DNA from: Myxococcota bacterium
Lineage (GTDB): Bacteria; Myxococcota_A; SURF-8; G963663525
NCBI GenBank assembly: GCA_963676915.2
Contig: CAXXVK010000003.1
Location: forward strand, 1-63,932
Length of the DNA stretch: 63,932 nt
Reading direction: 5' to 3'
Numbering within the stretch: position 1 is the stretch's first letter; each line of letters opens with the position of its first letter. The notes under the pieces were generated by a model. The model was not told the origin of the DNA and did no database searches. It was given only the letters and a program-made list of their open reading frames with translations. A program made the position numbers and the translations under genes. This document shows positions 57,441-63,932 of the stretch, piece after piece.

Positions 57441-58880
57441 CTACAGATCTTCTTCCGTTCCGCTGTACGGCGCGATATTCTCTCCATCGTTGATCGCCAC
57501 CATGTTGCGACCGTTTTCTTTGGCGAAATACAGCACTTTATCCGCGTCCGAGATGATTTCCTCGGGGGTCGATACTCTAACCACCGGCCAGGTCGAAATT
57601 CCCAGACTCAGATTGACGGACAGCTTCTGATCTCCCCAAGGAACCGCCGTTGTTTCCACGATTCGCCGGATGCGCTCGATGATCCGAGCGGCGTCTTTGG
57701 TGCCTGTTCCCGGCAGGACGAGAAGGAACTCTTCGCCGCCGTATCGGCATACCACGTCACCGGCGCGGCACTGATCGTCCATGGTACGTGCCACGGAGCG
57801 CAACACGGCGTCACCGGCGTCATGGCCATATGTATCGTTGAATTTTTTGAAATGGTCGATGTCCGACATCACCACGCTGATGGGAATGCCGTGTCGCATA
57901 CAACGAGAAAATTCCTCCCGCAAACGCCGCATCCCGAAACGCCGGTTGAGAATCTGAGTCAATTCGTCGATGGCAGCGATTTCCTTGATCTTTTCATGCA
58001 GTACCGCATTTTGCAGATACGGTGCGGAATGGATACGGATGATGTCGAGCAATTCGTCCCAGTTTTCGGTCTGCACGTTTCCGGGATGGGAAACAAAAGC
58101 CACACCGGACAGGCGTTTCTCAACCATCATCGGTACGACACTGACGGTTTGAGGCCGAAAGGTTCCCAGCGGTGTAGAGACTTGAAACCACTGGAAATTT
58201 TCATCGTCGAGTTTCAACGTCATTACCTGGTCGGTTTTCTGTACATAACCGACGGGGCCGAAGCTGCGGTCGAGTTCTCTGGGTAAATCGTCCGTTCGGT
58301 CGATTCCAATGCAAGAGAGAAATTCGATGTTTCCACTTTTCACACCATAGAGCACAGCAGCCTCGGAATGGAGCACTTTCATCAGAGAAGTCAGAATGGT
58401 TTCCGAAACTTTTTTCAACTCCACGCTGGAAGAAAGATCCATCAACAGCGATTGGGTAAAGGTTTCATGGCGAATTCGTTTGCCGATGGTTTCGCTCATC
58501 TCATTGAAGCCAAGCGCCATTTCACCGATAGCATCGTTGCTGTTGACATCGATCCGTCGGAACTCGAAGGATTTGCCGCTGATTTCGGATTGAGAAATCC
58601 CTTCGATAATGGTGTCCATCCCCCGAAGCACCCGATGTATTTCCCGTGTGACGATCAGGTAAAACGTTACATAATTGAGAAGGGCGATCAGTATTCCCGC
58701 GAAAATGCACATGGCGAAAAATAACACCGACAACGCATTTTCCGCATTCAGAGTCACATTCACATAGGGAGGAAAAACGATTCCCACCAAGGCACCAAGA
58801 GACAACATGATCACAAGCAAAAGACGAAAAACACTGCGTGAAGGAAGGGTTTCCTTCATTTTTTGCAAACGGCTGGTCAT
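57441..58880 (-). CDS. Membrane diguanylate cyclase (HAMP-GAF-GGDEF)
   Basis: Two TMs, HAMP, GAF, DELTQILNRR, DIDHFKKFNDTYGH, RAGD I-site, GGEEF. Confidence 0.95.
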   Translation of the reverse strand: MTSRLQKMKETLPSRSVFRLLLVIMLSLGALVGIVFPPYVNVTLNAENALSVLFFAMCIFAGILIALLNYVTFYLIVTREIHRVLRGMDTIIEGISQSEISGKSFEFRRIDVNSNDAIGEMALGFNEMSETIGKRIRHETFTQSLLMDLSSSVELKKVSETILTSLMKVLHSEAAVLYGVKSGNIEFLSCIGIDRTDDLPRELDRSFGPVGYVQKTDQVMTLKLDDENFQWFQVSTPLGTFRPQTVSVVPMMVEKRLSGVAFVSHPGNVQTENWDELLDIIRIHSAPYLQNAVLHEKIKEIAAIDELTQILNRRFGMRRLREEFSRCMRHGIPISVVMSDIDHFKKFNDTYGHDAGDAVLRSVARTMDDQCRAGDVVCRYGGEEFLLVLPGTGTKDAARIIERIRRIVETTAVPWGDQKLSVNLSLGISTWPVVRVSTPEEIISDADKVLYFAKENGRNMVAINDGENIAPYSGTEEDL

Positions 58881-59158
58881 TACGTTCCCCTGATTTTTTT
58901 GGTTTGAGAAGCGAGTATACAAGATTTTTTTCAAAAAGGTGTAGTTTTCCTTTTCGTTTTGAAAAGTTTGGCTCCATCAAAAAATAGTGCGACCAGAGAA
59001 ATTCTTGGTTTTGTGGAAGTCTCCTTGCACGCAACAATCCCCATTTCGGCAGGCAAACGCCTCACCGCTACGACCCGAATAATGAAAGCTTCATCCTATT
59101 TGGGCCGATGGGCACCATTTCATGATGCACGCATTCATAGGAAGTCTACCAGCCGATG

Positions 59159-59186
59159 TTGACAGATTCCGTTCCATGTCTATCAT
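59159..59186 (+). promoter_or_regulatory. Sigma70-type promoter
   Basis: TTGACA-N16-TATCAT upstream of asnB. Confidence 0.5.
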
Positions 59187-59222
59187 ACATCCCGAGCTAT
59201 TTCTTCAGAAAAGGAAGCGCGC

Positions 59223-61052
59223 ATGTGTGGAATTCTCGGAGCCGTAAATCTCCCGTTCGGGCAGGAAATTCTCGACATCATCAAGCATCGCGGTCCCGAC
59301 GACTCCGGGATGCACGAAATGACGGTCGATGGTAAAAAGATCACGCTGGGGCAGCGACGGTTGTCGATCGTCGATCTTTCCCCGGCTGGCCATCAACCGA
59401 TGCTCACACCCAACGAGCGGCACGCCATCATTTTCAATGGCGAGGTTTACAACCACGAGGATTTCAAGCAAAAGGTGACGACGTTCTCGTTTCGCGGCCA
59501 CTCGGACACCGAAACCGTGCTATATCGGCTGGCCCAGGACGGTATCGGGGCGGCTCAGGAGTTCAACGGCATTTTCGCCTTCGCTTTGGTCGATGTTGAC
59601 AAACGCAAGTTGTATCTCGTACGCGATCCATTCGGCATAAAACCTTTATATTACTGGAGAAAAAACGGTTCTTTCGTTTTTTCATCCGAAATCAAGCCCA
59701 TCCAGAAACTCGTCGGCGAATCTCTGGATCTCGACAGCCTCGCCGAAACCCTGCGGATGCGTTTTACGCCTTCGCCCGATACCCTGTTGACTGGAATCCG
59801 CAAAGTGCTTCCCGGCCACGTGGTGGAAGTCAATTTGGCGTCGAATGACCTGAATCTGCGGGAGTATCCGTATTTCGAGCCGGTTCCGGAAGAACGTTCG
59901 ATCTCGTTCGACGACGCTTTGGAGCGTTACGGCGAACTGTTCGAAAAGGCGGTGCGGCGGCAACTGATGTCGGACGTGGAGTTGGGTGTGCTGCTCAGCG
60001 GCGGGGTGGATTCGGCCCTGGTCGCGGCCTTCGGCCAGAAATATTCCAACGAGAAGCTCAAAGCCTTTACCGTCGGTTTCACCGACCGCAGCCAGGTGGA
60101 CGAAATCGAGCCTGCGCGAGAAACCGCCGATGTGATCGGCATGGAGCACCTGACCACGCGCATCGGCTTCGAGGATTTTCTGGGCACCATCCGAAAATGC
60201 ACCAGCATTGTGGAAGAACCGCTGGCCACAGCTTCATTGATTCCGATGTACTACCTTTCGGAGTTGGTGTCGAAGCACGTCAAGGTTGTGCTTTCGGGGC
60301 AGGGCGCGGACGAATCGTTGGGGGGCTACGGTCGCTATAAAGGGGAACTTGTCGGTCCGTACGTTCCTTCTCCGCTTGCGAAAGTCGCGGCATCCGTCGC
60401 TCAAAAAGCGGGTCTCAAAAACGAACAGATCTTGCGCGGATTGCTGGCGGCGTCCGATCCCAACGAAAGGGGTCGTTTTTTAAAGACCTACGAAGTCTTC
60501 GACAACAACGACATCCGGCAGCTTGTAGGACGCGAAGATACCCGCTCCCAGAGGCGAGTGAACGCACTGTACGACCTGCTGAAAGTATCGAAACGCAAAC
60601 GGAGCGTCGAGCGGATGATGTCGATGGATCTGCGCCTCAACCTGTCCGACGACCTCCTGCTGTACACCGACAAAATCACCATGCACTTTTCCATCGAGTG
60701 CCGGGTACCCATGCTCGATCTGGATTTGGTGCGTTTCATCGAGTCGTTGCCCGCTGGCCACCGGGTCGGATTGCGCGGCGGGAAAATCATCCACAAGAGT
60801 TTTGCCGAAAAGGCTCTGCCCACGCAGATCGTGCAACGAAAAAAACTGGGATTTCAAACCCCTACCGATGTCTGGTTCGGCAACATGGGCGTGTTGAAAG
60901 ACATTCTGCTCGATCCGGGATCCGCCTTCGCAAACCATTTCGACCTTCGGACCGTCGAACGAACCCTGGACGAGTACACACAAGGCTACGCCCGGCAACG
61001 GCACATTTTCCTGCTGTTGGGAATGCATACCTGGATGAACGAATTTTTGTAA
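59223..61052 (+). CDS. asnB: Asparagine synthase (glutamine-hydrolysing) family amidotransferase
   Basis: MCGI, HRGPD, RLSIVD, FNGEVYN, RDPFGIKPLY, LSGGVDS, SGQGADE. Confidence 0.95.
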   Translation: MCGILGAVNLPFGQEILDIIKHRGPDDSGMHEMTVDGKKITLGQRRLSIVDLSPAGHQPMLTPNERHAIIFNGEVYNHEDFKQKVTTFSFRGHSDTETVLYRLAQDGIGAAQEFNGIFAFALVDVDKRKLYLVRDPFGIKPLYYWRKNGSFVFSSEIKPIQKLVGESLDLDSLAETLRMRFTPSPDTLLTGIRKVLPGHVVEVNLASNDLNLREYPYFEPVPEERSISFDDALERYGELFEKAVRRQLMSDVELGVLLSGGVDSALVAAFGQKYSNEKLKAFTVGFTDRSQVDEIEPARETADVIGMEHLTTRIGFEDFLGTIRKCTSIVEEPLATASLIPMYYLSELVSKHVKVVLSGQGADESLGGYGRYKGELVGPYVPSPLAKVAASVAQKAGLKNEQILRGLLAASDPNERGRFLKTYEVFDNNDIRQLVGREDTRSQRRVNALYDLLKVSKRKRSVERMMSMDLRLNLSDDLLLYTDKITMHFSIECRVPMLDLDLVRFIESLPAGHRVGLRGGKIIHKSFAEKALPTQIVQRKKLGFQTPTDVWFGNMGVLKDILLDPGSAFANHFDLRTVERTLDEYTQGYARQRHIFLLLGMHTWMNEFL

Positions 61053-61066
61053 GAATGTTCGTTTAT

Positions 61067-61319
61067 GTGCAGGTTTGGAACAGTTTCGGTTCCGATCGTA
61101 CCGATAACGATTTTTTATCCGAAATGTATTGGACCGCGAAAAAGTTTCGCCCGATTGCATCCGTGACGGGGGAGCGGACATGAAAAAATGCGAACCCATG
61201 GGCAACCTGAGGTTCGCCCATGCCAGCCATCGCTAGTACGTATAGAAATTGCAGACGTAGGTTCTCTTTCATCCTGGAATGAAGACATCGCCCCCTGTGG
61301 GTCGATTCCAAATCCGCAC
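61067..61319. mobile_element. Possible MITE with different ends but the family A core hairpin
   Basis: GTGCAGGTTTGGAA / TTCCAAATCCGCAC (12/14 inverted); CATGGGCAACCTGAGGTTCGCCCATG at 61197-61222 matches 9678-9703 at 25/26. Confidence 0.5.
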
Positions 61320-61403
61320 TTTTTACTTTCCGCCCCGTACCGGGTCTTTTTCCTTGTCACGCTCTCTCCTTCACGTTACTTTTAGGAAAACCACAGCAGT
61401 TGG

Positions 61404-62618
61404 GTGGGTAGTATGCCGGATTTTCGAATGATTTCACGACGCCGGACCGAGACGACGTTGGAGGATTGGATCAAGCTGTTGCGAAACGATCCGGAAGACT
61501 CCGTTGCGGTCAAAGAGTTCGAGGCGGCGTTAGCGCGATACACGGGTATGAACGCGGCGGTGACCTTCCCCTCCGGTCGCTCGGCGATGATCGCCGCGTT
61601 GCAATGCCTGCCTCATGATCGGAAAACCGAAGTCATTCTGCCTGCTTACACGCTTAAATCCCTTGTTCCACTGATTGAATCGATGGGACTCGCCGTTCGT
61701 TTCGCCGATGTCGAGCCGGATACCTACAACCTTTCGGTACGGACCGTAGAAAAGCTACTGAGTCCCCGGACGCTCGCGGTGATCGGTGCGGACCTGTTCG
61801 GAAATCCTTGCGACGCACCGGAGCTTTCCACCTTGTGTGCCGATGCCGACGCCTTTTTTATCGAAGATGCCGCTCATGCCGCCGGGTCGAGCTATCGGGA
61901 CCATCCGGTCGGTTTTTTCTCGGATGCGGCGTTTTTCAGCTTCGATACGATCAAACCCATCAACGCTTTCGGTGGTGGCGCGGTGGTCTCGCTTTCGGAG
62001 GAATATCTCAACTGTATGCGGGGACGCCAGCCTTCTCGCAGAGGCCGGAGATTACCGATAGCGCGACGAATGTGGGACGCTTTGACCGAGCGTCATATCC
62101 AGAATACGCCTCTGTATCCGCTGGCTGTTCGATTGCTGGCCAGTGCGCCGGTACGAGAAATAGTGCTGGAAAAATACTTGAAATTACGGGACAGTACGGT
62201 ACCCGACCCGGAACGGCAGTGGTTGCCTGCGCAGGCATCCATGGCGCTCAGGGGGTTGAGGGGATTGTCCGAACGGGTGGAGGCGCGGCGCAACGTCGCC
62301 CAAACGCTGATCGAAGCGCTGGACGACCGGATAGAGTTCCAGCAGGAATTGCCGCAAGCCGCCAGCAACCGTTATTTTCTCGTCGGTATTCCGAAAAACC
62401 ACCCTCTCCAAGCACGAAAACGACTGCTTGACGTGGGTATCGATACCGGGTACGGCGAGGAAATTACGGATTTTTGTCCCCCTCCGAAGTCGGAACGAGG
62501 GTATCCGAACGCCATGCAAATCTACAAAAACGCCATCCAGCTTCCCTGTTACGAAACGTTGGATGACGAAACACTGGACCGCCTGATCGACCGGGCAAGA
62601 AAGGGTCTGAAACCGTGA
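61404..62618 (+). CDS. DegT/DnrJ/EryC1/StrS family PLP-dependent sugar aminotransferase
   Basis: SGRSAM, EVILPAYT, FIEDAAHAAG, FSFDTIKPINAFGGG, QLP. Confidence 0.9.
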   Translation: MGSMPDFRMISRRRTETTLEDWIKLLRNDPEDSVAVKEFEAALARYTGMNAAVTFPSGRSAMIAALQCLPHDRKTEVILPAYTLKSLVPLIESMGLAVRFADVEPDTYNLSVRTVEKLLSPRTLAVIGADLFGNPCDAPELSTLCADADAFFIEDAAHAAGSSYRDHPVGFFSDAAFFSFDTIKPINAFGGGAVVSLSEEYLNCMRGRQPSRRGRRLPIARRMWDALTERHIQNTPLYPLAVRLLASAPVREIVLEKYLKLRDSTVPDPERQWLPAQASMALRGLRGLSERVEARRNVAQTLIEALDDRIEFQQELPQAASNRYFLVGIPKNHPLQARKRLLDVGIDTGYGEEITDFCPPPKSERGYPNAMQIYKNAIQLPCYETLDDETLDRLIDRARKGLKP

Positions 62619-63932
62619 GCCGTTGGCTTGTCGCATGTCTGTTGATCTTTTTGCCTTTTTCCTTGTATTCCGAGGAAATCCCGCCCGCGTCAGACAATAC
62701 CCAACCTTCGTCCAGTGAGGACCAACCGGTTGTCAAACCCTTCTTCGCCGAGAAGAAAACGCAATCGACCCTCGTTCGCGGTATCGAAAAGCGTTTTCAA
62801 AGCCTGCTTGACGAAGTGGAGGCTTCGGAGTTGGCGAAAAGCGGATACGATATCCGGAATATCAAAATCGATCGGACCGAAGTCACGATCGTCTTGGTGA
62901 AAAAGGACCATGTTTTCCAGACCTTGCACCTGACACACCCTTTGGGAGATTGTGCGGGCGAAAAGATAGCGGCTTTTTGCGTCACAGAGGAGAAAAGCGC
63001 CGAAAAGACCGCGATTGAAAGCGATCCGTTGGAGACGCAAGTCCGTCAATGGCTCGGAGGGTTGGCGTCGAAAGACGTATGGCAGGAAAGCGGGCAGCGC
63101 GACGCTCTGCGTTCTATGCCGCCCCCGGATCAACAATTGCCGGTCTTGGGTATTACCGACAAAGAAATGGAACGGCTGTATCAACAACATCCCGATATCA
63201 CACCGGAAAAGCTGGAGCAAAAAGGGCAGTTCTCGCCGGTGCCCGATCGCCTTCCCGAGTTCGACACGCACTACGCGGAGTTGGGAGCCAAGGATCGACC
63301 CCGTGTCTGGAAACAGTTTCTACAGGCGGCGATGCTGCCACTTCTGCTGTTTCTTTACGTGATCTTCAAACGCCATGGACGATCGGTGCTCGACGCCCTG
63401 AAGCGTCCCCGTATTCCGGCATCGTGGCTTCCCGAAAAACGGCGTAACCGCTGGATACTTTTCGGAATTCTCCTACTCGGAGCGGATGTGCGAGGACTAA
63501 ATCTCAGTGGAATGGCGATGCAGATCGACGAATGGTCGAACGTCGAATTCCTACCGTTGCTCGATGTCGCGTTCCATGGATACGAAACCCTGACCAACCC
63601 TCCGCTGTTGTATGTGATCCAACATTTTCTTTATCCGATCAGCACGCATCCGGCCTGGATTCGGCTACCGGTATTTTTGTTCGGTGTGGTGTTGATCTGG
63701 GCGGTCTGGCGGGCCGGTAAAACCCTGTTCGACGAACGCACGGCGCTGGTGGCGGCGATCCTTGCCGCCTTGCATCCGGCGCTGACGGTGTTCTCGCAAA
63801 CTATACGTGCGTATGAACCCGCAGCCTGCATCCTGATGCTGGCATTGCCGCATGTCTGGCGAATGAGCCGACGGGAAGAGTCGGAGGCGGACGCCATCGC
63901 CTTCGGTCTGCTGTCCTCGTTGGCGTTGTGGA
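62615..63932 (+). CDS. ArnT/PMT-like GT-C glycosyltransferase with N-terminal periplasmic extension (runs off the right edge)
   Basis: Absent from the ORF track. GTG overlaps the upstream stop; manual translation gives MSRWLVACLLIFLPFSLYS...MQIDEW...TNPPLLY...WIRLPVFLFG...ALHPALTVFSQTIRAY. Confidence 0.85.
   Translation, partial: MSRWLVACLLIFLPFSLYSEEIPPASDNTQPSSSEDQPVVKPFFAEKKTQSTLVRGIEKRFQSLLDEVEASELAKSGYDIRNIKIDRTEVTIVLVKKDHVFQTLHLTHPLGDCAGEKIAAFCVTEEKSAEKTAIESDPLETQVRQWLGGLASKDVWQESGQRDALRSMPPPDQQLPVLGITDKEMERLYQQHPDITPEKLEQKGQFSPVPDRLPEFDTHYAELGAKDRPRVWKQFLQAAMLPLLLFLYVIFKRHGRSVLDALKRPRIPASWLPEKRRNRWILFGILLLGADVRGLNLSGMAMQIDEWSNVEFLPLLDVAFHGYETLTNPPLLYVIQHFLYPISTHPAWIRLPVFLFGVVLIWAVWRAGKTLFDERTALVAAILAALHPALTVFSQTIRAYEPAACILMLALPHVWRMSRREESEADAIAFGLLSSLALW

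Noticed and set aside
1-63932. CRISPR array, rRNA, tRNA or intact transposase
   Set aside because: No regularly spaced direct repeats, cloverleaf-like sequence or DDE/HUH ORF was recognised by eye.

Overview
A gene-dense bacterial chromosomal segment, probably Myxococcota/deltaproteobacterial (EGF-repeat lipoproteins, a MYXO-CTERM-like tail, PilZ-like and HEAT proteins). It mixes housekeeping genes (rsmI, yraN, kbl, gcvH, trmO, holB, epmA, glpK, an M29 aminopeptidase) with signalling genes, lipoproteins and several small non-autonomous repeat elements. The standout is a minus-strand operon at 46069-55957: a stand-alone CitE/malyl-CoA-lyase-family gene followed by two ORFs carrying PPTase, HExxH region, degenerate CitE, acyl-CoA ligase, acyltransferase, MaoC hydratase, second hot-dog, CitE and degenerate CitE domains. 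One extra base in an A5 run (52399-52403) would join the two ORFs into a 2891-aa megaenzyme. It has no ketosynthase, condensation or obvious ACP domain and fits neither PKS, NRPS nor FAS logic. Other oddities: a degenerate glycogen synthase coupled to a two-component system, a pseudo-rhomboid/ModA-like fusion, an EpmA with an OB-fold-like extension, a MITE nested inside a MITE, and a GTAG REP doublet inside a TIR element. No rRNA, tRNA, CRISPR array or transposase was recognised. All calls come from motif recognition by eye; no database searches were run.
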